Positions 18,821-27,533 of a stretch of DNA of 40,297 bases are shown in pieces. This DNA is from Fibrobacterales bacterium. Its GTDB lineage: Bacteria; Fibrobacterota; Fibrobacteria; Fibrobacterales; JAOPTW01. The notes under the pieces were generated by a model that was not told the origin of the DNA, did not search any database, and was given only the letters and a program-made list of their open reading frames with translations. The DNA lies in the NCBI GenBank assembly GCA_051532035.1, contig JAOPTW010000050.1, forward strand, positions 1-40,297. The letters are read 5' to 3'. The position numbers were made by a program, and so were the translations under genes. Within the stretch, counting starts at the first letter, position 1. Each line of letters opens with the position of its first letter.

Positions 18821-19546
18821 CTATTTTTTAGCAGCGCAGTCAAGCTTAAATTGTGCAATAGTTCCTTTGCCAAATAAACCATAGTAGGCGCTTTTAATCC
18901 ACTTACCACCCTTTTGTCTATTCACAGACTTTTGATAGGCTTTTAACGCTGCAGAAGCCTTCGTTTGATCTCCATCAGGCTCACCTTTAAAGTAGCCTAA
19001 GAATTTCAGTACTTTTTGTAGATGGAGCATGTCAGCAGTAAAATCGACACTCTTCTGTTGAGCCACTCGTGTATCTATTAATCCGCGTGGAATAACTGCA
19101 AGTCGCGATTCTAATAAATAGAGATTAAACCGCCAATCTTCTTGTTGAATATGAAACTTTTTTGCCCCCATAAAAGCAGTCTGGAGCTCAGTCTGTAAGT
19201 TCTCATTCGTTAGAGTAATTCCAGGAAAATGAGCGCTAAAGATATCATTGATATCTTTAAGGTTGAGCGCTCGCTTCAACTGATTAGTAAGTACACTATT
19301 CTTACTTTTAAGAGCACTCAGCTCCTCTTGATCTACTTTAGCCACTTGCACTGCATCTTTATTAAGGACAAGCACTGCACCATTGACAGCCAATAAAAAG
19401 GCAGCGATCCCAATAACTGCAACAACTGCCACTAAAACATTCTGATTTCGCTCTTCATCCTTATACTCCAAATAGATAAGAATAACTCCAAGGAGCATAA
19501 GAATCATTGCGATAGCTATAAGTCCAATCTCTATATACGTAATCAT
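18821..19546 (-). CDS. Two-TM membrane protein with coiled coil and C-terminal peptidoglycan-binding (PG_binding_1-like) domain
   Basis: Two hydrophobic helices, heptads, then LQKVLKFLGYFKGEPDGD-x-T-x3-AALKAYQK. Confidence 0.7.
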   Translation of the reverse strand: MITYIEIGLIAIAMILMLLGVILIYLEYKDEERNQNVLVAVVAVIGIAAFLLAVNGAVLVLNKDAVQVAKVDQEELSALKSKNSVLTNQLKRALNLKDINDIFSAHFPGITLTNENLQTELQTAFMGAKKFHIQQEDWRFNLYLLESRLAVIPRGLIDTRVAQQKSVDFTADMLHLQKVLKFLGYFKGEPDGDQTKASAALKAYQKSVNRQKGGKWIKSAYYGLFGKGTIAQFKLDCAAKK

Positions 19547-19700
19547 ACAACACCTATATTAACACTGTGTTTTCCTAATTATTGTATCACTTTTTGGAAT
19601 TTGAGGCTAGGTAAAAATGATAATGGCCTCAAATGCATCACACAAAGGTTTACAATCGCCAACTTATTGCGTTACTGGATTACATTCAAGAATACTATCA

Positions 19701-22700
19701 TTAGTTTTTATCATTAGTCTTCTGCTTATCTAACAATTCTTCAAATGCCTTTTGATATTTTTTCTGAGACGCATCACCTACCTGTGCGACAATAAAATCA
19801 CCTGCATCAAAAAGAGCCTCTGCACCCTCAGGTATTTTAAAATATCCACCATAAATATAGCTATCTACTTTGATCTCAATTTTATACTTTCTACCCACAA
19901 GGCACGTCGCCTGAAATCGTCCATCCTGATTAGTAAATGATGCTTGCACTTTTTCTCTAATTATCTCTCCATCATCGTTTAATTCATACATTCTAAAAAC
20001 CCGTCGAGAAAAAGGCAATCCCGACTCTTGCATCAAAGTACCGAGCAGTACAACCCCATCAACACTTCCTACCTTAAATTCAAAACCTGACTTATAACCA
20101 GACTCCATACTATATGAGGTATTAATCTCTTCCGACCCAAACGGTAGATCAGGCTCTAACATCAATTCTCTTGTCTGATAATTACCAAAATTTGTCAAGA
20201 CCATCGGAATAAACGGATATACGACTCCCTCTTCATCATTTTCACCGAGAGGATTCACTCTTGTTGTCTTAAATGTCATATTCTTATTATTACGCACTAT
20301 CGCAAAGCTTCCATAAACCGGGCGAGTTATCCCAACAGATGTACCAGCCCAAGCAATACCCGTGGCAAAATCTAAGGAGGTTTCACGCTGAATCACATTT
20401 ACATATTCACTATTCTGATCAACAAATCGATAACCTACTCGCATATCTCCCCAATTTGACGACCCATTCACATCAGTTCCCACGTCTATATATTCATCTG
20501 CTAAGGTTGCGGCGGCCCCTGACCCATAGGCAAAGCCACTCTTGCCATAATTATTATGACTCCAGCTCAATTGGCCAGAGTTAACCCACTCCTTTACAGG
20601 TGCATAATTATTTTCAATTATTTCTCCGCGCTGATTTAATTCTGGTTCTCGAGTCTTTTTACGCTGATTCAGCCTGTCTGAAACTCTAAATGCATGTTTA
20701 CCCGCTCTAAATGAGTACCGCGCTTCTACTCCTACGCTCAGATCACTCCCATCAATAAAATCTTTTCTGTAGTTAAAGCTGATTCCTGTTTGAAGGTTAT
20801 TTTCAAAAGATTTACTAATAGTTGCACTGAGAAGAGTTTCATTTAGTTTGCTGTCGAGCTTCCCAATAGAATCCATCATTACATAGTAGCCACCTTGCAA
20901 ACCCATAACTGTTTTATTAGGCAGAGAAACATTTACCCCTGCAGAAAACTGTAAAAACACATTATCCTTGACTGATTTTCGACTTTGCCGATCCCCTAAA
21001 TAATTATCCCGATAGCGTGCCCTGAGTCTCCATGCTAATGCCCCTTCTTCACTCTGACGCTTTTTCGCAACATTCCCAGATAAACCCAATTCTGTATACA
21101 GGCCTAAAACCTCTTTGGAATACTGTTCACCCACAGCTAAGCTCATAATCATAAGATCCAAATCAAAAAAGGCAGTGGAACTTACTGTATGCTCTCCATA
21201 CATAGACACCATTGCCCGTGAGCCCCCTCTTATCCATTTATTCAGCTTTTTTGAATAACCGCCCTGCAAAACCAATGAATCTAATTCCGGAGAAATATCC
21301 ATCAACTCCTGCTGCCTCCTATACCCCAAAGAAGCGTCCCACATTGATTCACCTACCAGCATCTCGGAATCGAATTGTAAAAAAGTGAAATCCAATTTAT
21401 CTCTGTTCCCCGCAAAGTCAAGGATCTCCAGAACAACTTCACTTTCTTCCTTTATATCACCCAATTCAGTTTCCGTAATAGAGTATATCCCAGGGCTAAA
21501 TGTCTGAATTTTTGTGAGCTTATCATTGACATACACCTTCACCTCAGATGCGTTTTTCAGTTCAAATTCCACATCATTTAATTTTCGAGCGTTTCTGGTC
21601 GAGGTAATCCTGCGGACTTTTACAGCCCCAACACCAAAGAGTCCACCACCGCCACCACCACCACTCAAATTCAAATCCCCCAACATCAGTCTTGTGCGAT
21701 AATCCCGTATATCCTTAACAATTCGAGCCGAAGTTATATGAAACGGTATTGAATCTTCCTGATAATAAGTCGCATTTATTTCTGACACCACAGAAAATAA
21801 ATTCACTGCCCCATCAAAATTAAAGTTTAGAGGAAAACGCTGAGACTCTGGAATAATCAGGTTCTCTTGACACTCAACATCACATTGCATTTTATAATCA
21901 AAATCTTTAAATTTTTGTCGTCCACGGACGTTTAAATAACCAGAAAACACATGGGGCTCAACGCGAGCAGAATCTTCAACAAGGCCCCTTGCATGAAACT
22001 CTTCTTTAAACCATTCAAAAGGAAATTGCATATAACAAATCCCACCTTCAAATTGAGCTTGAACCATAATTTTCTTTTTATTCAAATCATGAATTGAAAT
22101 TTTATCATCTACCACAATCTTCTTTAATAAGTTAAGTGAGTCCTGAATAAACTGGTTTTTGAGCACTGCTAACAAGTCGCGAGAATCCAGCTTATTTTCC
22201 TTATTATAGAACCATACCGTCCCCTGCTTTTTCCCATTAATTACAAGTTCACATTGAAATTTATCCGGCGTGTCTGGCGACTCAATCCCAAAAGCCAAGC
22301 GATACATTTCATCAACACTAATATCCGCCGTTTCTTCCTCTTCCACATTTTGAATATCAACAACATCCTGTACTCTCTCGGTTTTTATTGCGACAACTTC
22401 TTTCATCTCTCCATGTTTTGAACTTAAAAAATACCCATTTCCAGTATCAAGAGAATCAAGAAGTTTATTTTTATAGTGCAATTCATCTTCTACAATATTT
22501 AACCGAGACTTGATGCTATCAACTTCATTCATTAGTTTGACAATCGTTATAGTATCTATAGGAGTAACAGCTAACGAAAATGATTCATCATAAGGCAATA
22601 CCTCTTTTTTCTTTTTTTCATATTTTGGATATATCCCATATTCAAATTTGGTCTTATCTATAGAACCATAATCATTTGCAACATCATTCCAAACTTTTGA

Positions 22701-23144
22701 ATACGTCTGCTTCTTTAACGTTTCACGAATTGTTGCCCCTACTAAATAATCTGAGTGTAGAACAAAACAGTACCCTTTACGCTCATGAAACAATATGAAG
22801 AACTTTGAATCGTATAAATCCTTCATGTAGAGGCGCTTATTCCTTGAAAGAACGGGCAAATGTTTATCAATACCAGATTTATACAATTCACTCTGTATAT
22901 CTGTAGATATAAAATAGTCCTGTTGCCCCTCATCCCAAGTAAAATAAAACAAGCCATATTGATAACTTTCAAAAATCATTACCCATGGCTTAGTCACAAA
23001 ACTGTCATTATATTTTATCGAAGAATTCAACTGTCCATAGGCATTAACTGAAAGAACAAAGCAATAGAAACTAAATACTACAAGTATCCGGTTTCTGAAA
23101 TGCTTTATCACGTTAATCATCAAAATTCCATTTTGAACTGACAT
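19701..23144 (-). CDS. Fimbrial outer-membrane usher 1 (1147 aa, N-terminally extended)
   Basis: Signal peptide; FSGYLN, plug region SEVKVYVND...PGIY, GIAWAG-x3-GITRPV-x2-SFAIV, Y-K-SGF, FTNQDGRF usher motifs; adjacent to chaperone and pilins. Confidence 0.85.
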   Translation of the reverse strand: MSVQNGILMINVIKHFRNRILVVFSFYCFVLSVNAYGQLNSSIKYNDSFVTKPWVMIFESYQYGLFYFTWDEGQQDYFISTDIQSELYKSGIDKHLPVLSRNKRLYMKDLYDSKFFILFHERKGYCFVLHSDYLVGATIRETLKKQTYSKVWNDVANDYGSIDKTKFEYGIYPKYEKKKKEVLPYDESFSLAVTPIDTITIVKLMNEVDSIKSRLNIVEDELHYKNKLLDSLDTGNGYFLSSKHGEMKEVVAIKTERVQDVVDIQNVEEEETADISVDEMYRLAFGIESPDTPDKFQCELVINGKKQGTVWFYNKENKLDSRDLLAVLKNQFIQDSLNLLKKIVVDDKISIHDLNKKKIMVQAQFEGGICYMQFPFEWFKEEFHARGLVEDSARVEPHVFSGYLNVRGRQKFKDFDYKMQCDVECQENLIIPESQRFPLNFNFDGAVNLFSVVSEINATYYQEDSIPFHITSARIVKDIRDYRTRLMLGDLNLSGGGGGGGLFGVGAVKVRRITSTRNARKLNDVEFELKNASEVKVYVNDKLTKIQTFSPGIYSITETELGDIKEESEVVLEILDFAGNRDKLDFTFLQFDSEMLVGESMWDASLGYRRQQELMDISPELDSLVLQGGYSKKLNKWIRGGSRAMVSMYGEHTVSSTAFFDLDLMIMSLAVGEQYSKEVLGLYTELGLSGNVAKKRQSEEGALAWRLRARYRDNYLGDRQSRKSVKDNVFLQFSAGVNVSLPNKTVMGLQGGYYVMMDSIGKLDSKLNETLLSATISKSFENNLQTGISFNYRKDFIDGSDLSVGVEARYSFRAGKHAFRVSDRLNQRKKTREPELNQRGEIIENNYAPVKEWVNSGQLSWSHNNYGKSGFAYGSGAAATLADEYIDVGTDVNGSSNWGDMRVGYRFVDQNSEYVNVIQRETSLDFATGIAWAGTSVGITRPVYGSFAIVRNNKNMTFKTTRVNPLGENDEEGVVYPFIPMVLTNFGNYQTRELMLEPDLPFGSEEINTSYSMESGYKSGFEFKVGSVDGVVLLGTLMQESGLPFSRRVFRMYELNDDGEIIREKVQASFTNQDGRFQATCLVGRKYKIEIKVDSYIYGGYFKIPEGAEALFDAGDFIVAQVGDASQKKYQKAFEELLDKQKTNDKN

Positions 23145-23220
23145 TGATTATTGATTATAGCGTTTATTTACTTTTTTTACCACAAGACAGCTAAATAAAC
23201 TGATATTTGATTGGGCCTAT

Positions 23221-24006
23221 TTAAAGGACATCAAAGAATACACTCATATTTTGAATTGTTGTGGCCTTAACCTCATCGGTCTCGTCAAAATATAAAACTC
23301 GTTTTCCTTGAGCGGGGACACCATTTTTCAATCGCTTAACATCTGTAAAACGCGGTGTGATGACTACCTGTTTTCCATTGAGCAGTCTTACTTTAAATTT
23401 CAAGCCCTTGAGAGATTGAGATTTAGTTCCCTTATTGTGCAGCATTACTTCCAATATTTTCTTTCCTGCAACCATTGAACCAAAGTTTGTTACCTCAAGT
23501 AACGGTTCAAACTTTTGACTTGATAGAACAAGGACCCCTTCGTATTTAACCACTGCTGTCATCGCCCCCATTGGCTTCAGGGGATTATGATTTTCCTGCA
23601 AGCCTTTTACAACAACTTGTCTGGATACGACAACATACTGTTTTTCTTGGTTCGGAATATTTCTCCCTACCCATTGCAAATGGATTATTTTACTCCCTCC
23701 AGGGCGGAGAACTGTTTGGGCTGGATACGCAACAAAATCCTTTGACTGCTTTTCACTTTTTACCGCCCGGCCATTCTCATCTAGAGTTCTATCGAACACT
23801 TCTATCTCAATTGGAATTGGGTTTTTTCCATTCGCTTTAGGGTAAACCAATGTAGTTTTTGCGGTAAATTCATTTTTTTCCAAATCAAGAACCATAACTG
23901 TTGGATACATCGAATAGCCACCAACACCACCACTTCTTCCAAAGAGCTGTGAACTCATTAATAAAAGCAACACACAACAACCCAATTTATACCAACTTCT
24001 AATCAT
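23221..24006 (-). CDS. Periplasmic pilus assembly chaperone 1 (PapD-like)
   Basis: Signal peptide; S-M-Y-P start, R-x2-DENG, DFVAYPAQ-x-VL-x-PG, LQW-x-G, EKQY, N-x-G motifs. Confidence 0.85.
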   Translation of the reverse strand: MIRSWYKLGCCVLLLLMSSQLFGRSGGVGGYSMYPTVMVLDLEKNEFTAKTTLVYPKANGKNPIPIEIEVFDRTLDENGRAVKSEKQSKDFVAYPAQTVLRPGGSKIIHLQWVGRNIPNQEKQYVVVSRQVVVKGLQENHNPLKPMGAMTAVVKYEGVLVLSSQKFEPLLEVTNFGSMVAGKKILEVMLHNKGTKSQSLKGLKFKVRLLNGKQVVITPRFTDVKRLKNGVPAQGKRVLYFDETDEVKATTIQNMSVFFDVL

Positions 24007-24017
24007 TTATTCTCTCC

Positions 24018-24539
24018 TTATGGTAACGCACTTATACTTACACTGACATTATCTTTATAAAAACCCGCAAGCAGTATATCTTCTCTAACCCAGGACGCTA
24101 CAACTTTAATGAGCAATCCGCTCGTTGATCCTGATGTGACTGTCCCGCTCGTTTGAAATATAAAATCACTTCCTGCCTTTACACTATCAAGGCCAACTTC
24201 TTCCTCAGCCGCTAATGTTAAGCCAGTGGCAAGCTCAGCCATTGAAGGCACCTGCACATACATATTCGTATAATTTTTCAGAGCCGAAGAATTCAAATTT
24301 TGCATGGCAGCATTATCAAACACAAACCTCACTTCAAACCCTGTTACAGCATCACTATCAACAAAGCAATACAATAAATCTCGTTTAGTTGCCGTACTTT
24401 CAATATCTAGAAAATAGTTCCCTCTACAAGTGATAGTATCATCCCCAAAAACGCCCACCCACATAAAACAAAAAAAAGTATATAATACTTTTTTTTGTAA
24501 AACTGATATATATGGCATTCTTACATTTTTCACTTTCAT
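24018..24539 (-). CDS. Minor pilin-like subunit 1 (putative tip)
   Basis: Signal peptide; Cys pair; C-terminal LAGFYKDNVSVSISA pilin F-strand motif. Confidence 0.7.
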   Translation of the reverse strand: MKVKNVRMPYISVLQKKVLYTFFCFMWVGVFGDDTITCRGNYFLDIESTATKRDLLYCFVDSDAVTGFEVRFVFDNAAMQNLNSSALKNYTNMYVQVPSMAELATGLTLAAEEEVGLDSVKAGSDFIFQTSGTVTSGSTSGLLIKVVASWVREDILLAGFYKDNVSVSISALP

Positions 24540-24545
24540 ACTTTT

Positions 24546-24571
24546 AAGGCAGACCCATTAAGGTCTGCCTT
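24546..24571 (-). promoter_or_regulatory. Intra-operon hairpin after major pilin A (stabiliser/attenuator)
   Basis: AAGGCAGACC-CATTAA-GGTCTGCCTT; no U-tract on the coding (minus) strand. Confidence 0.6.
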
Positions 24572-24575
24572 TATT

Positions 24576-25265
24576 TTAGTAGTTACTTTCCATTGTAACA
24601 GTCATTACCGCACTATATGTACCTGCCATAAGTGCATCACCCTGTATAGTCTGTCCAGACCCCCATGACCCAACAACTTCAACTGACGCATTTACTGTTG
24701 GAGTTGTTTGAGCAGCAAAAGCATCTGCACCATCATTAAGTCCGATGACTTGCCCTATCACATAATCGCCTGGAGTAGCTCCGTCATTATCTACACAACC
24801 AGACAGGCCTCCACTTACATTCACTGCTGACGTAATGTCAATGTTAGTACCGGTTGCACAAGTCACTCCCTGTGCAATATCATCAGCCGTTGACACTATA
24901 TCAACCGGGTTAGCCCCTGCGCCAACTCCATCATCTAACAAATCATTCCCCCAACCTACTGAGCCAAGAGATTCTAATGCAAGATCTGTTAAAATGTTAG
25001 AAGTACCACCCGTAGTAGCGAATGCGACTGCAGTTTGATCAAAAGATATTGATACATTAACACCTGGTGAATTATTTGTCAGAACAATTTCTGCCATTTT
25101 AATATCTGTACCTGTAGCAGAAAAATCCAACTGACGTTCCGGGTAAATAATCACTGATGATGTCAATGGAATTTGTCCACCCATTGTTGCTTCTGCTGCA
25201 AACGCTGTACCTGTACATACTAACGCTCCCAATGCTATGCCTTTTAATGCTTTGATTGTGTTCAT
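24576..25265 (-). CDS. Major chaperone-usher pilin A
   Basis: AGGAGG SD, AFA signal cleavage, G-x-IP N-terminal extension, LDFS, C-terminal AGTYSAVMTVTM; rich in G/A/T/S. Confidence 0.8.
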   Translation of the reverse strand: MNTIKALKGIALGALVCTGTAFAAEATMGGQIPLTSSVIIYPERQLDFSATGTDIKMAEIVLTNNSPGVNVSISFDQTAVAFATTGGTSNILTDLALESLGSVGWGNDLLDDGVGAGANPVDIVSTADDIAQGVTCATGTNIDITSAVNVSGGLSGCVDNDGATPGDYVIGQVIGLNDGADAFAAQTTPTVNASVEVVGSWGSGQTIQGDALMAGTYSAVMTVTMESNY

Positions 25266-25290
25266 GAAGTCCTCCTAAGGGCTTGAACTC

Positions 25291-25303
25291 TGTTTGTGTC
25301 AAC
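25291..25303 (-). repeat. Conserved motif copy A (GTTGACACAAACA)
   Basis: Identical 13-mer at 26732-26744 (-) and 27273-27285 (+). Confidence 0.85.
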
Positions 25304-25309
25304 TCATAT

Positions 25310-25338
25310 ATTATACGGCATCTGAAACGGCAATTCAA
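25310..25338 (-). promoter_or_regulatory. Sigma70-type promoter of the pilin A operon
   Basis: TTGAAT-N17-TATAAT, then 6 nt, then GTTGAC; A-tract upstream. Confidence 0.8.
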
Positions 25339-25968
25339 GTCTTTTTTTTAGTTTCTGAATTTAAATTAACTTTAGCTCTTTTTTTACAATGTATAGCTGT
25401 TAGTGAAAATGACTTTTCTTCGGTTACATGTGAAGCTATTACGTTTACAATACTTTTAGCCACGAGATAACGGAAACTTAGTTTTTAACCATTACTCATT
25501 TTTTTTAAATACATCTCATCAATGTTTACATCCGCAAACACTTCAAGTTTCGATATATGTTTTTTACAAATAGTATACATTGACCACTAGGTCATATGTG
25601 TCAGGGTCTGACAAGGAAAGGGCTATTAAAAAGTTTATATCATCAAACAGCTCAACACTCATGAGGGAATTATACAGTATGGCGATATAGCTAATTATGA
25701 AGGATCCATATTTTAGCGTCCATTAGATGAATAAAGATCACTACTTATTTTTAATAAATACCCTTCAACTGATTCCAGAGAAGTACGGTATAATAGTAGA
25801 GGCAGAAAAACATACTCATTGGTATAATTAAGAAAAGCCTCAATCGAGTCTTGTTGAAATATTTTTTATAAATGCAATAACGGAAAAAATAGTCACTCTT
25901 TTTAAAACTGTATCTGTGTATTCCATAAATTAAACCATGCCCACAGGACATAGTTTAATTTATGGAAT

Positions 25969-26002
25969 AAAAAAAAGGCACGTACGAATGTACATGCCTT
26001 TT
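25969..26002 (-). terminator. Intrinsic terminator after pilin B
   Basis: Minus-strand RNA AGGCAUGUAC-AUUC-GUACGUGCCU followed by a U-run. Confidence 0.85.
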
Positions 26003-26020
26003 AAATCGATAATGTATTTC

Positions 26021-26701
26021 TTAAATATTAGTTTCAAGAACCACAGTCATAACTGATCTATAAGTACCAGCAAGAAGTGTTGAGATAGGCCATGATGCTA
26101 CTACATCAAGATCCCAGTTATCTGTAGTAGACGCCTGAGCCGTACCAACCCATACAGCCGCTCCTGATTTACCACCTACATATATCGGATTATTAATTGC
26201 ATAAGCTGTACCACCTGCACAAGTAATGGCTGCAGCTGCATTTAGCGCAAAACCTGCACCTGCACCTGTTATTCCACAAGACATATCTCCACTAGTGACA
26301 TTTGCGGCACCAGTAATAAGATCATATACTACTGCTGCATTTCCGGCAAATGCTAAATTGTCTACTGAATAATCTAGGGAATATGCATAACCATTGGTAT
26401 TGTCTCCACTCAGGCCAATTGACTGAAGCATACTTTGCGTTGTAGTTCCATCATGAAAATCAAAATTTGCCTGATCAAAAGATAATTTTATAGCCCATTC
26501 CGGAGTGTTACTCGTAACTGAAATAGTGGCAATTGTTCTCTCCTCTGCAGGTGCCGAGAAGTCAAGATATTTTTCCGATGAAACAACGATAAAAGACTGT
26601 GCTGGAATAGTCCCCTGAATTGTTCCTGTTGCTGCGTATGTAGTACCAGTTAAAAGTGCTGTTACTGCAAGACCTTTTACTAATTTTGATAAAGTTAACA
26701 T
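26021..26701 (-). CDS. Major chaperone-usher pilin B (monocistronic paralogue of pilin A)
   Basis: AGGAGGAG SD, signal peptide, GTIP, LDFSA, SFDQ, C-terminal LAGTYRSVMTVVLE; aligns with pilin A at both ends. Confidence 0.8.
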   Translation of the reverse strand: MLTLSKLVKGLAVTALLTGTTYAATGTIQGTIPAQSFIVVSSEKYLDFSAPAEERTIATISVTSNTPEWAIKLSFDQANFDFHDGTTTQSMLQSIGLSGDNTNGYAYSLDYSVDNLAFAGNAAVVYDLITGAANVTSGDMSCGITGAGAGFALNAAAAITCAGGTAYAINNPIYVGGKSGAAVWVGTAQASTTDNWDLDVVASWPISTLLAGTYRSVMTVVLETNI

Positions 26702-26729
26702 GATCTCCTCCTAAGGTAGATTTTGTTTA

Positions 26730-26745
26730 TTTGTTTGTGTCAACA
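26730..26745 (-). repeat. Conserved motif copy B; left arm of a 16-bp inverted repeat
   Basis: TTTGTTTGTGTCAACA is the exact reverse complement of 27272-27287. Confidence 0.85.
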
Positions 26746-26750
26746 AAAGA

Positions 26751-26779
26751 ATCTTATCACAGTTAAATTCCAAAAGCAA
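26751..26779 (-). promoter_or_regulatory. Sigma70-type promoter of pilin B
   Basis: TTGCTT-N17-TAAGAT with extended TG, then 6 nt, then GTTGAC; A-tracts upstream. Confidence 0.75.
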
Positions 26780-27191
26780 GTATTTTTTAGATTTTTTTAT
26801 TTTTTTTTATTTTTTTTAAAATATTTATCACTTTAAACATCTCAGTATTTATTCAAATACTAATAGACTTATAGCAAGGTATTGCGCTACAACCCCTTAT
26901 AAATAAGTCATTGTTACATATTCCTATGTACCAATGATACTCTATAAAAGAACTGTTCCTCATTCCCTCAGAGCGTATGTATTTACAACAGAAAACTAAT
27001 CAAGCTAATTTTAAAAGCATCTATCTCAAAAAAGCGAATCACCTCAAGCATAATACTCATTAAACTATCTCACAGAAACGATGATGTGAGTCATAGATAA
27101 GTGATAATAAGATGAGATAAGATTAAAGGGAGCGCTAAGCATCCGTAAGGCAATTGAAATAATTAAAAGAAAATGAGATATCTAACAGTCT

Positions 27192-27222
27192 AATGCCTTA
27201 ATCAGAATTTGATTAAGGCATT
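27192..27222. repeat. Intergenic 13-bp perfect inverted repeat
   Basis: AATGCCTTAATCA-GAATT-TGATTAAGGCATT. Confidence 0.75.
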
Positions 27223-27271
27223 GAAAAAATTCTTCCATAGAAAAAGGGAGTCTTTAAGTAATTTTGTTAGC

Positions 27272-27287
27272 TGTTGACACAAACAAA
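27272..27287 (+). repeat. Conserved motif copy C; right arm of the 16-bp inverted repeat
   Basis: TGTTGACACAAACAAA followed by TACCTTAG, as in the pilin B leader, but without the GGAGG SD. Confidence 0.85.
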
Positions 27288-27533
27288 CGTACCTTAGAAA
27301 GACATCCCTTTGGATAAAATATATTTAAAACTTTAAAATTATGTGTAACTATTATTTTTATGCTTCCCAAAACAAATACATAGATAGCCATACATTGGAT
27401 AGAACCCCACTTTATGCCCTAGATCACAAATAATCGCACTCAATTCAATCAAAGTTAATTATTTATTTACACTAGGGTTATTCCTGTAAAATCTCAATAA
27501 CTAACATTTTATACTTTTCAATTCTTACTATTG

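Noticed and set aside
21643..21663. Poly-Gly (GGT/GGC) run in usher 1 as a phase-variable repeat
   Set aside because: In-frame, interrupted triplets; usher 2 has a Gly-rich loop at the same position.
25297..25302. TTGACA inside the repeated motif as a -35 box
   Set aside because: No convincing -10 hexamer at the expected spacing in copies A and C, and in A and B the motif lies just downstream of complete promoters.
25581..25613. Two adjacent short dyads (TGACC-N4-GGTCA; TGTCAG-N3-CTGACA)
   Set aside because: Arms of 5-6 bp are not repeated elsewhere in the locus and cannot be distinguished from chance.
25751..25951. 66-aa minus-strand ORF between the pilins
   Set aside because: No SD, begins right after a terminator, and has a composition typical of AT-rich non-coding DNA; a small membrane peptide cannot be fully excluded.
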